Assembly (NCBI GenBank): GCA_037443685.1
Contig: JBBINX010000006.1
Location: forward strand, 1-61,116
Source: Ignavibacteriales bacterium
GTDB taxonomy: Bacteria; Bacteroidota; Ignavibacteria; UBA10030; BY39
Direction: 5' to 3'
DNA: 61,116 nt
Shown: positions 38,156-46,104 of the stretch, one piece after another
Layout of the letters: each line of letters opens with the position of its first letter
Position numbering within the stretch: the first letter of the stretch is position 1
Notes under the pieces: generated by a model
The model's input: the letters and a program-made list of their open reading frames with translations, nothing else
Told to the model about the DNA's origin: nothing
Databases searched by the model: none
Translations under genes and position numbers: made by a program

Positions 38156-39157
38156 CTATCTACCGCCGCGTTGACTACCACCACGAGATCCACTATCACC
38201 TGAATCATTGCCGCCTCTTGATGGTGGAGGTGAAGAGGGTGCAGGTGAAGATGGTGGTGGTGAAGAGGGTGCAGGTGAAGATGGTGGTGGTGTATATGTT
38301 CTTGTTTCGCCGCTGCGTGTTGACCCATCGTCTCGTCTGCCACTTCCTTCGTTTCTTCTTCCAGAGTCACGAGTTACTGGAGGTGTAGATTGACCGCGAT
38401 CTGGATTTTCGTAACGGTCTCGCCTTGAACCACTACGCGATTGACCACTTTCGCCTCGGGTTGAACCTGATCTATCAGTAGAACGTGGTGTTACTTCTCG
38501 TGAGGCGCCTTCACCGCGTGATGGTTTTTGAACATCAGGAGTTGAACCGGCTTGCGAACGTCCGCTGCCTCCGATAACTCCTACACCTGTCGGTAAATCT
38601 AGCCCACTTCTGCCGCTGACTCTATCTTGTCTATCATCATAAGTAGGAGCTTGTCTCCCTCCTTGGTCGCGTTGATTACCAAAATCCCGCCTTGTTCGCT
38701 CAATACTACCTGTAGTTGTTACGTAATATTGTGGAGTCCAATAGTATGGATAGTAACTTCCATAGTAATACGGATAATAATAATAATGTGGATAATGGAC
38801 ATACATTGTTCCACAAATCCAAGGATCATAACGCCAGTAGCGGTCATAAAACCAAGGATCGTTATACACATAACCAAATGCAACAGAGGGCCAATAATAG
38901 GATGGATAATAATAAGAAAATGCCCAATAAGGTCTAGGATACCAATAGTTTCCATCATAGTAATAATTATTTATAGTTGTACCGCCTTCATAATATGTGG
39001 TATCGCTATCGTAGTTGTAATTTGGACTCTGTTCGTATGAATAATATTCCTCGTTCACACTTTTATCAGACTTTAAAGTACCTAATTGAGTATAACAGCC
39101 CACAAAAAAGATTGCGATAACAATTACTGTTAGAGTTGTAATAAATATATTTTTCAT
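38156..39157 (-). CDS. Predicted lipoprotein with an extreme Tyr/Trp/Pro-rich domain and an Arg/Gly/Ser/Asp-rich disordered tail
   Basis: MKNIFITTLTVIVIAIFFVGC (signal plus Cys). 38 Tyr in a 108-residue stretch by my count (YYSYEQ...TPQYY). Tail of RDxG/SGRS-type repeats ending in PPPSSPAPSSPPPSSPAPSSPPPS. 29 nt upstream of the FadL-like gene. Confidence 0.65.
   Translation of the reverse strand: MKNIFITTLTVIVIAIFFVGCYTQLGTLKSDKSVNEEYYSYEQSPNYNYDSDTTYYEGGTTINNYYYDGNYWYPRPYWAFSYYYPSYYWPSVAFGYVYNDPWFYDRYWRYDPWICGTMYVHYPHYYYYPYYYGSYYPYYWTPQYYVTTTGSIERTRRDFGNQRDQGGRQAPTYDDRQDRVSGRSGLDLPTGVGVIGGSGRSQAGSTPDVQKPSRGEGASREVTPRSTDRSGSTRGESGQSRSGSRRDRYENPDRGQSTPPVTRDSGRRNEGSGRRDDGSTRSGETRTYTPPPSSPAPSSPPPSSPAPSSPPPSRGGNDSGDSGSRGGSQRGGR
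38220..38292. repeat. 30-bp tandem repeat, 2.4 copies, inside the lipoprotein gene
   Basis: gatggtgg(a/t)ggtgaagagggtgcaggtgaa twice (one mismatch) plus a 13-nt partial copy. Encodes the SPAPSSPPPS repeats on the minus strand. Confidence 0.9.
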
Positions 39158-39343
39158 TTCATCACCTTGTTAATTTAACTGCCAATATAAAAACAATATA
39201 AATGCCACGAAAATTCAATAATCTATATTTAATCTACTTAAAATTTTCTATATTGTCAATATTTTCAATGGGGAACAACTATTGGAGAAAGGAGTGTGTA
39301 TATCACTATACAAATGTTACAAATATGTTTAAAATTCAACACA

Positions 39344-40108
39344 TTAAAATGTGCCGATGTATTCTATCATGACGGTTCTATTTCCAATACTAACTTTATC
39401 TTGATTTTTGATAATATCTTTTAGATTTACGCCGATTGTAAAGCCCCTTCCTAGCGACCCCCTAAATCCTATATTAAGGTAACCTCTCCCTTTGCCGAGC
39501 GCTTTAGGGTCGCTATCATTTATTGCTGTATTATATTCAGCATTTAGGGAGATAAATGAACCGATGGATTTTTCGGCACCTAAATATAAATTTCCATCTT
39601 TATCACCATCAGCACGCTCAAGTGAATAGTTTACACCCGCATGGACACTTAAATATCCGGCAACTAAAAAGTTTTTACTAGCCACTATATAAAATCCGGG
39701 TGATTTTATTAAATAACGATTTAATGTATCAATATAATTTTCTTTTCCTTGGGTATCAATACCAATTGCAAATGCTGGAAAAATTTGCGATTCTTCAAAC
39801 GGTCTAATTTTTAAACTTATTCCCGGATATTTGTTCCAAGCAGGTTTTGAGGATCCTATTAAATTCGACCCGCCGTAGGATGCTGATAAATTAATTCTGT
39901 TCATCAATCCTATAGTAAAACCGAAAAGCACTCCGTCCGATTGGTAACAGTCGATATCGATTGCATACGAATAATGACCAATCAGTCCTGCAGTAGGCAT
40001 ATCGATAATGAAACGCGGTTCGAGATTGCTACTCGACCCCACAGAACCTTGTGCGAATAAGTTACCGATAAAAAATAAAGAAGTTAAAATTATAAGAGCG
40101 TGTTTCAT
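39344..40108 (-). CDS. Hypothetical outer membrane beta-barrel protein
   Basis: Start reset to MKHALIILTSLFFIGNLFAQ (signal peptide, cat at 40106-40108), 7 nt after the mpg stop. Amphipathic strand pattern. Ends ...MIEYIGTF. Confidence 0.6.
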   Translation of the reverse strand: MKHALIILTSLFFIGNLFAQGSVGSSSNLEPRFIIDMPTAGLIGHYSYAIDIDCYQSDGVLFGFTIGLMNRINLSASYGGSNLIGSSKPAWNKYPGISLKIRPFEESQIFPAFAIGIDTQGKENYIDTLNRYLIKSPGFYIVASKNFLVAGYLSVHAGVNYSLERADGDKDGNLYLGAEKSIGSFISLNAEYNTAINDSDPKALGKGRGYLNIGFRGSLGRGFTIGVNLKDIIKNQDKVSIGNRTVMIEYIGTF

Positions 40109-40115
40109 TGATGCC

Positions 40116-40781
40116 TCATTTTTTTGATACCCAAGGATTGTTCTTAAAATAAAACCTCCACTTATGTTCTGAACCGTTAGTAATCCCGATTCTGGAAGAT
40201 GAAATGATTTTGGATTTCGGATTCCCGCCTTCACCGAGATTTTGGCTGGCAGGTCGGATTTCAAATTTTCCAATCCATATTTTGTCTCCGCACAGGTCAG
40301 TACCATTTTCTTTTTTTTCGATTGCAAAAGCCTGACAAAGTTTTGCAGGACCGTTTGTGAGATTATAGATATTATGTGCGGTGTCGATTTTCCTGTGTTC
40401 TTTCATCAATTCGATATTTCCAATCGGTTCAACGGCGCGAATCAATACAGCACATCCTTTGTCTTCTTCTTCTGTTACAACATTACAGCAGAAGTGCATC
40501 CCATAGGTGAAATAAACATACAAATGCCCACCTTGTCGGAACATTACTTCGTTACGTTTTGTCTTACCACGAAATGAATGACTCGCAATATCGTTTTGTA
40601 AATAAGCTTCTGTCTCAACAATTTTTCCAACGAGTAACTTCCCTTTATATTTTCTTATTAAGTATTTACCTAACAAATCTTTTGCAACTATTATTGTATT
40701 TTGCAGATAAAATTCACGTGGTAATTTTTCGTAATCCGTGTTTATCCGTGTCATCCGTGCTCTATTTTTTTCCAAACTCAC
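40116..40781 (-). CDS. mpg: DNA-3-methyladenine glycosylase (Mpg/AAG family)
   Basis: LLGKYL, ETEAY, D.ASHSFRGKT.RN..MF..GGHLYVYFTYGMHFC.NVV. Confidence 0.88.
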   Translation of the reverse strand: MSLEKNRARMTRINTDYEKLPREFYLQNTIIVAKDLLGKYLIRKYKGKLLVGKIVETEAYLQNDIASHSFRGKTKRNEVMFRQGGHLYVYFTYGMHFCCNVVTEEEDKGCAVLIRAVEPIGNIELMKEHRKIDTAHNIYNLTNGPAKLCQAFAIEKKENGTDLCGDKIWIGKFEIRPASQNLGEGGNPKSKIISSSRIGITNGSEHKWRFYFKNNPWVSKK

Positions 40782-42381
40782 GAATTATTTTATCAACTTC
40801 TGCTTCCGAAATTCCGCTCCCTAAAATATCACCGCTTTTAGGTGATGTGGCTCGTTCTGTTTCTTTGGCTGGCTTGCCTAAACCTTTCTTCCAAATCGGA
40901 ATATTTCCAGCACCTTCACGTAAATGCTGTTCAATCTTTTCTATCCAGGATTCCGTCGGTTTAATTTCTGCAGCGGGTTTTATCACTTCTGGCTTAATAA
41001 ATTTCTGCTCACTAGATTGTGAAGGGTTGATGGGTCTTGTTTCAAATACAAGTCGCTTAATGTTAATCAGATGTTTAGCGGAAACATTTTCAGATATAAT
41101 CGAACCGCCGATTGTTCCCGGTCCGAGGGTGAGAGAGGGAAGAAGTTCATTCGTTCCGCCTACCGCACCAAATGCCGACTGTGTATTTACTAAAATTCTT
41201 GAAGCGGGTTTCTCTAATGCAAATTTCATGATGATATCTTCGTCGGATGAGTGAATAACCATAGTATGCCCTAACCCGCCGAATTCAATAAGTTCGATAC
41301 AGCGATGGCACGCGTCGCGCCAGTTAATTTCTGTGTAAAACGAAAGAATAGGCGATAGCTTCTCTCGAGAAAGTGGAATGTTCTTTCCGACTGAGTTTAA
41401 TTCAGCTATCAGTACTTTGGTTTCTGCCGGAACTTTGATTCCAGCTTTTTCAGCAATGAACAAAGCAGATTTTCCAACCATTGATGCGTTCAAGTGTCCT
41501 TCAGTATCAAACATCAGGCGCGAAAGTTTTTCTTTGTCTTCGCCTTCAACAAAGTAACCGCCAAGTCGTTTGCACTCGGTAACAACCTGTTCTTTTATCG
41601 ATGAGTCGCAAATTAGCGAGGACTCAGTCGAGCAAAGCACGCCATTATCGAATTGCTTTCCAGACAAAACATCGGCAACAGCTTTTTGTATATTTGCTGT
41701 TCTTTCGATAAATACCGGCACGTTTCCGGGACCAACTCCGTAAGCAGGTTTGCCGGAGCTGTATGCTGCTTTTACCATTGCTCCACTGCCGGTTGCAAGA
41801 ATGACACCCGTTAATTTATTTCGCATCAACTCATTTGTGCCTTCAAGCGTAGGTTGAGTCATACAATGAATTACCCCTTTAGGCGCGCCTGCTGATTCTG
41901 CAGTTTCGCGCATCAATTTAGTTGCTTCTAACGTGGAGTAAATTGCTTTTGGGTGGGGACTTGCGACTATCGCATTTCTTCCTTTTAAAGAAATAATCGC
42001 TTTGAACATCATCGTTGAAGTTGGGTTTGTAGATGGAATCAATGCGGCAACAACACCCATCGGCTCACCGATTTCTATAATTTTCTTATCGCGGTCTTCA
42101 CGAATGACGCCCGCAGTTCGTAAATCTTTTATTGATTCCCACACTCGTTTCGTAGCGAATTCGTTTTTCTTCTTCTTGTCTTCAGGTTTGCCGAAACCGG
42201 TCTCTTCACAAGCCATATTTCCTAAGCGTTCGGCAGCTTCGTAGCCAGCTTCAGCCATTGCTTTCACAATTTTATCGACACGCTGTTGATCGTATACTCG
42301 AAATTCCTGCACAGCTTCGTTCGCTTGTGCGATTAAATCTCGAACTTCTTGTATTGATGCTAAATCTTTGTATGATGACAT
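40762..42381 (-). CDS. CoA-acylating aldehyde dehydrogenase (EutE/PduP/AdhE-N type) with a ~90-aa C-terminal extension
   Basis: ALDH fold with IPSTNPTST and the catalytic-Cys block FDNGVLCSTESS. After ...INIKRLV the protein continues with a Pro/Lys/Glu-rich tail ending SGISEAEVDKIIREFGKK. Confidence 0.8.
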   Translation of the reverse strand: MSSYKDLASIQEVRDLIAQANEAVQEFRVYDQQRVDKIVKAMAEAGYEAAERLGNMACEETGFGKPEDKKKKNEFATKRVWESIKDLRTAGVIREDRDKKIIEIGEPMGVVAALIPSTNPTSTMMFKAIISLKGRNAIVASPHPKAIYSTLEATKLMRETAESAGAPKGVIHCMTQPTLEGTNELMRNKLTGVILATGSGAMVKAAYSSGKPAYGVGPGNVPVFIERTANIQKAVADVLSGKQFDNGVLCSTESSLICDSSIKEQVVTECKRLGGYFVEGEDKEKLSRLMFDTEGHLNASMVGKSALFIAEKAGIKVPAETKVLIAELNSVGKNIPLSREKLSPILSFYTEINWRDACHRCIELIEFGGLGHTMVIHSSDEDIIMKFALEKPASRILVNTQSAFGAVGGTNELLPSLTLGPGTIGGSIISENVSAKHLINIKRLVFETRPINPSQSSEQKFIKPEVIKPAAEIKPTESWIEKIEQHLREGAGNIPIWKKGLGKPAKETERATSPKSGDILGSGISEAEVDKIIREFGKK

Positions 42382-42390
42382 ATTGTCCCT

Positions 42391-42840
42391 TTAAATTAAT
42401 TCTTTATTTTTCCATAAAAATAATTCTTTGGTTGAATCTTTTTCTCGTACTAAATCTTCACCCGTATATTCATCGATGAAAACTTCGCAGGCAAATACTT
42501 GTGTGCCCGGCATCAGATGTCCGCCAAAAACTTTACCGTCCTTATTGCCGAATGTTATGTGCGCATGGACGAATGGTTTACCATCGCGAATACTCACATT
42601 TCCAATACAGTTCAGAATTTCATAGCCACCATCCAACTCAATTTTAATGTACTCTTTTTTGTTTTGGTCGAAATACCCGATAGCAGCATTCGTAACAGCA
42701 CCGATAGCTTTAATGTTGCCCGTACGAACATCTTCTTCGGTTACGATTTTTGTGAGTGACTCATATAAATCTGTACCCGACGAAATTGAACCGATAAATG
42801 TGCGTTTGTATTTATATTGTGGTCTAAACACGGTTTTCAA
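42391..42840 (-). CDS. PPC (DUF296) domain protein
   Basis: GTDLYESL....I.AIGAV..A.IGYFD....EY..I.L.G.YEILN.IGNVS..DGKPFVHAHITFG..DGKVFGGHL. Only a TTG start (42840) is available directly after an in-frame stop. Confidence 0.75.
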   Translation of the reverse strand: MKTVFRPQYKYKRTFIGSISSGTDLYESLTKIVTEEDVRTGNIKAIGAVTNAAIGYFDQNKKEYIKIELDGGYEILNCIGNVSIRDGKPFVHAHITFGNKDGKVFGGHLMPGTQVFACEVFIDEYTGEDLVREKDSTKELFLWKNKELI

Positions 42841-42923
42841 TTAACAATTATAAGAGTTTGATACATTTTTATGATACTTAGTGCGAATTCATATGATTTC
42901 TGTAGTAAAACATTCTCTTTCAT
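42837..42923 (-). pseudogene. N-terminal remnant (28 codons) of a four-helix-bundle protein gene (23S rRNA intervening-sequence protein family)
   Basis: AAGGAGG (42928-42934), 4 nt, then ATG gives MKENVLLQKSYEFALSIIKMYQTLIIVN*. MKEN....KS..FA..I...Y..L is the usual N-terminus of this ~120-aa family. The TGA stop overlaps the TTG start of the DUF296 gene. Confidence 0.5.
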
Positions 42924-42959
42924 CACCCCTCCTTGATAATTTGAAATTATAATTGTTAA
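42841..42959. repeat. Perfect 13-bp inverted repeat pair (ttaacaattataa / ttataattgttaa) bracketing the four-helix-bundle remnant
   Basis: Arms at 42841-42853 and 42947-42959. A third partial copy (aattgttaa) lies at 42972-42980. Confidence 0.85.
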
Positions 42960-42991
42960 CTGTTCATCGGTAATTGTTAATTGATCAATAT

Positions 42992-44041
42992 TCACTGTTG
43001 ATTAAAACCTAGAGTTGGCTGGTGGCTCGTTTTCCGATTAAGTTTAAAATGCTCATAAGCCAACTTAGTTGCTTCACGCCCGCGTGGTGTTCTTTGTATA
43101 AATCCTTCTTGCAAAAGATATGGCTCGTAGACTTCTTCGATAGTTCCTGGGTCTTCACTGACTGCAGATGCGAGTGTGCTTAAGCCGACTGGACCACCAG
43201 AAAATTTTTCTATAATTGTAGTAAGGATGCGCTTATCCATCTCATCCAAACCTAAACTATCAACCTCGAGGGCTTGAAGCGAGTATTCTGCAACTTCATT
43301 GTTGATTATACCTTTCTGTGATTTCAAGTTTTTATCTGCCTGTACAAAATCGCGGCAGCGACGCAGAAGCCGGTTGGCTATTCTTGGAGTGCCGCGTGAA
43401 CGTGTAGCGATTGTCGTTAATCCTTCGTCCGTCACTTCGACGTTTAGAATTGATGCCGACCGTGATATAATCTTAAATAATGTTGCTGAGTCGTAATAAT
43501 CTAATCGGTTTGTTACGCCGAATCGTGAACGCAATGGACCTGTTAATAATCCAGAACGAGTCGTCGCACCAACGAGTGTGAACTTCGGAAGTTTGAGTTG
43601 TATGTTTCGAGCATTCGGGCCAGAATCAATAACGATGTCGATTGAGAAATCTTCCATGGCAGGATAAAGGTATTCTTCGACAACCGGATTTAAGCGATGA
43701 ATTTCATCTATGAATAAAACATCTCCCGGAGATAAATTTGTTAAGATTCCAGCTAAATTATAAGGTTTATCGAGTGCTGGTCCTGATGTTACTTTAATGC
43801 TGCTGTTCATCTCATTGGCTATGATGTGAGCGAGCGTGGTTTTACCTAAGCCGGGAGGGCCAGTAAGCAGAACATGGTCAAGAGCTTCGTTCCGTTTTTT
43901 TGCAGCTTTGATAAATATTTTTAAGTTGTTTACAATTTTTTCTTGTCCTGCAAAATCGTTAAACTTAATAGGACGCAAGGTTTGGTCAAGTTCAACTTCA
44001 CCCTCGAATTTTTCTGGCGATGTAATGTCGGATTTACGCAT
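42992..44041 (-). CDS. ruvB: Holliday junction branch migration helicase RuvB
   Basis: Start reset to [10 protein letters not shown] (cat at 44039-44041). [39 protein letters not shown]. Confidence 0.93.
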   Translation of the reverse strand: MRKSDITSPEKFEGEVELDQTLRPIKFNDFAGQEKIVNNLKIFIKAAKKRNEALDHVLLTGPPGLGKTTLAHIIANEMNSSIKVTSGPALDKPYNLAGILTNLSPGDVLFIDEIHRLNPVVEEYLYPAMEDFSIDIVIDSGPNARNIQLKLPKFTLVGATTRSGLLTGPLRSRFGVTNRLDYYDSATLFKIISRSASILNVEVTDEGLTTIATRSRGTPRIANRLLRRCRDFVQADKNLKSQKGIINNEVAEYSLQALEVDSLGLDEMDKRILTTIIEKFSGGPVGLSTLASAVSEDPGTIEEVYEPYLLQEGFIQRTPRGREATKLAYEHFKLNRKTSHQPTLGFNQQ

Positions 44042-44243
44042 AATTGTTTGTTGCAATTTAATCAGAAAAAGTATGAAATTCAATAATGGTAATTCTAAAT
44101 CAAGGTAAAACCCCGATCCAATTGCGGACATTGCAATCAAAATAATCAGACATGGTAAACTTTGCTTGTAACGAGAGTCATTAATTCATGTTATGCAAAA
44201 TAGTGTTGGTGTTAAAAAATTCTAATCCGCATGTGACTGACTA

Positions 44244-44290
44244 AATACCTGTCTATCCAAAGAATTGCTTCGCAGTGGCGGGCAGGTATT
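44244..44290. repeat. 8-bp inverted repeat (aatacctg / caggtatt) with a 31-nt GC-richer loop
   Basis: Read directly. Lies between the ruvB start and the stop of the 44348 OMP gene. Confidence 0.7.
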
Positions 44291-44347
44291 CGTATTTCGG
44301 ATTTTTTCAACAAATCATAACTCTGATTAGCATTAGTTATTTAATTT

Positions 44348-44941
44348 TTACCATGCGTAACCGATATCAAAACGAACTGCAGGAACTGTCCCGTCATAAT
44401 TTTTGAAATCATTATCACCGTTTGAGGTAGATCCGATATAATAATCAATTCCAATACCTAAGCCGATTGCAAAATCGTCTCCCGGAAACCACTGCCAACC
44501 GATTAAACCACCGAAAGAAAAAAGAGATGTCGAAACATCGCTATTGTCACTTGATAAATAATTGAAGGAGATATTTGGTGCAAAATAAAAACCTCTCAAA
44601 GTTTTACCAGACGGATGATAACGCAATTCAGCATTGGCTCCGAACCCATTTATACCCGACAATGTTGGTATTTGTATTCCTCCTCCCATTCCTATATTCG
44701 GTGAAACTTTTTGATAATAAGATAGATTGTAAAAGAGAAAAAATTTCAAAGGATTAACTACTATCATGTGATTACGGGGACTGATGTCTTCACTTTTTGA
44801 AATAATGACAGAACGGGTAAGCGTAGAGTCGCCTGTTTTTTCATCTATTGTCTTTCTTGTTTCTTCAGTACGAACTTGGGAAAATGATATTTGGTATAAT
44901 AATATACTCATTGCTAATGTTAAAAATATTTTTAATTTCAC
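44348..44941 (-). CDS. Hypothetical small outer membrane beta-barrel protein
   Basis: Signal peptide MKLKIFLTLAMSILLYQISFSQ. Gly/aromatic-rich alternating strands. Ends FDIGYAW. Confidence 0.6.
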   Translation of the reverse strand: MKLKIFLTLAMSILLYQISFSQVRTEETRKTIDEKTGDSTLTRSVIISKSEDISPRNHMIVVNPLKFFLFYNLSYYQKVSPNIGMGGGIQIPTLSGINGFGANAELRYHPSGKTLRGFYFAPNISFNYLSSDNSDVSTSLFSFGGLIGWQWFPGDDFAIGLGIGIDYYIGSTSNGDNDFKNYDGTVPAVRFDIGYAW

Positions 44942-45128
44942 GACTGCTCCTTATCGATTGTTTTCATTAGAATAAATTTAACATTTATTATTATAATGTG
45001 CAATCCTATATTACAACTGAAAATAGATTGTCGTTCTATAAAAAAAACTTTTCATATTAAGAGAATGGTTGATTATTTGTCACATTATTTTTGCTTATAA
45101 AATCGAAAAACGCTATATTTTTACCATT

Positions 45129-45875
45129 ATGAAGAAAGAATATCTCTCAAAATTATTAACTGATTTTAAAACCGGCAAACTCTCACAGGACGAACTTTTA
45201 AAAACATTATTAACTTTTGAATCGGAATCTCTGGGTTTTGCGACGATTGATCATCACCGAACAATCCGCAAAGGATTTCCGGAAGTTATACTTTGCCAAG
45301 GGAAAACTGCAGAACAAGTTGCCGTCATTGCATCAAAAATTATTCAACGGAATCAGCCACTGCTTGCAACCCGTGCAACACTTGAACAATTTAAAGCCGT
45401 GCGAAAAAAAACAAAAAAGGTACACTTCGACAAAGTTGCTCGTATCATTTATGCGAACAAACCAAGCAAACCTATGGCAAATAAAAAAAACGTTCTCGTT
45501 GTATCTGCTGGGACGATTGATATACCGGTTGCTGAAGAAGCTTGCTTAACTTTGGAAATGCTTGGAAATCCGATACAACGCCTTTACGATGTTGGTGTTG
45601 CCGGAATTCACCGCTTGTTTTCAAACTACGATAAAATAATGACTGCAAATGTTATCATTGTAGTTGCGGGGATGGAGGGTGCATTACCAAGTGTAGTTGG
45701 TGGACTTGTAGATGTTCCAGTAATTGCTGTTCCAACATCAGGTGGCTATGGGGTAAGCTTCGGTGGTGTCGCAGCTTTGCTTGGAATGCTCAATACGTGC
45801 GCTTCAGGAGTTACCGTTGTGAATATTGATAACGGTTTCGGTGCCGGATTTGCTGCCAGTATGATGAATAGATAA
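45129..45875 (+). CDS. larB: Nickel-pincer cofactor biosynthesis protein LarB (AIR-carboxylase-like)
   Basis: Start reset to MKKEYL (ATG 45129). GFATIDHHR..R.GFPEVI...GKT, VVSAGT.D.PVAEEA, VVAGMEGALPSVVGGL, VIAVPTS.GYG. Confidence 0.85.
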   Translation: MKKEYLSKLLTDFKTGKLSQDELLKTLLTFESESLGFATIDHHRTIRKGFPEVILCQGKTAEQVAVIASKIIQRNQPLLATRATLEQFKAVRKKTKKVHFDKVARIIYANKPSKPMANKKNVLVVSAGTIDIPVAEEACLTLEMLGNPIQRLYDVGVAGIHRLFSNYDKIMTANVIIVVAGMEGALPSVVGGLVDVPVIAVPTSGGYGVSFGGVAALLGMLNTCASGVTVVNIDNGFGAGFAASMMNR

Positions 45876-46063
45876 GGAATTTTTGATTTATAATTTTAGA
45901 CATATGAAATATTTTTTGAAGCATATTCCGAAACTGTAAAAACATTTTTACCATTGAACCGTTTCATTTATCCGACTCTGGCGGAACAGTTTTTAAATAA
46001 TTTTTCAGAAGATACAATTTGAAATTATTGATTTTTTCTGTTTTGATTTATAAACAATTGATA

Positions 46064-46088
46064 ACTAATGACTATTTACTAATGACTA
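46064..46088 (+). repeat. 11-bp direct repeat actaatgacta-ttt-actaatgacta just upstream of the CBS gene
   Basis: Read directly. Ends 16 nt before the ATG at 46105. Confidence 0.8.
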
Positions 46089-46104
46089 AAAACAACTACA
46101 AAAA

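Noticed and set aside
38152-39040. Several plus-strand ORFs (38152-38388, 38208-38393, 38627-39040, 38716-38937) and a second minus-strand frame (38719-38958, 38149-38370)
   Set aside because: They are mirror or alternate frames of the repetitive, compositionally biased lipoprotein gene. Only the 38156-39157 frame has a signal peptide and a contiguous full-length ORF.
40109-40327. 5' extension of the 39344 ORF in the ORF track (MQSKKKKMVL...)
   Set aside because: The extension overlaps the 3' end of mpg. An internal Met gives a classical signal peptide 7 nt after the mpg stop. I made similar 5' trims for ruvB (44042-44140), larB (45069-45128), asnA (50269-50325), the PEBP gene (3363-3392), ATP-grasp 2 (10351-10443) and the DUF1624 gene (55017-55034).
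40559-41254. 231-aa plus-strand ORF
   Set aside because: It is entirely antisense to the mpg and aldehyde dehydrogenase genes, which have clear family motifs. Its sequence is low-complexity Leu/Ser/Phe-rich, typical of shadow ORFs.
45129-45875. LarB as part of a lactate racemase (LarABCE) cluster
   Set aside because: No larA, larC or larE lies in the window and the neighbours are unrelated. I report it only as a stand-alone larB.
45876-46104. Possible SAM or other riboswitch in the 229-bp leader of the CBS gene, and a 23-codon minus-strand ORF (MKRFNGKNVFTVSEYASKNISYV)
   Set aside because: The leader is almost pure AT with none of the GC-rich conserved cores of SAM-I, SAM-II or SAH elements. 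The mini-ORF has no SD, no recognisable family and no partner.
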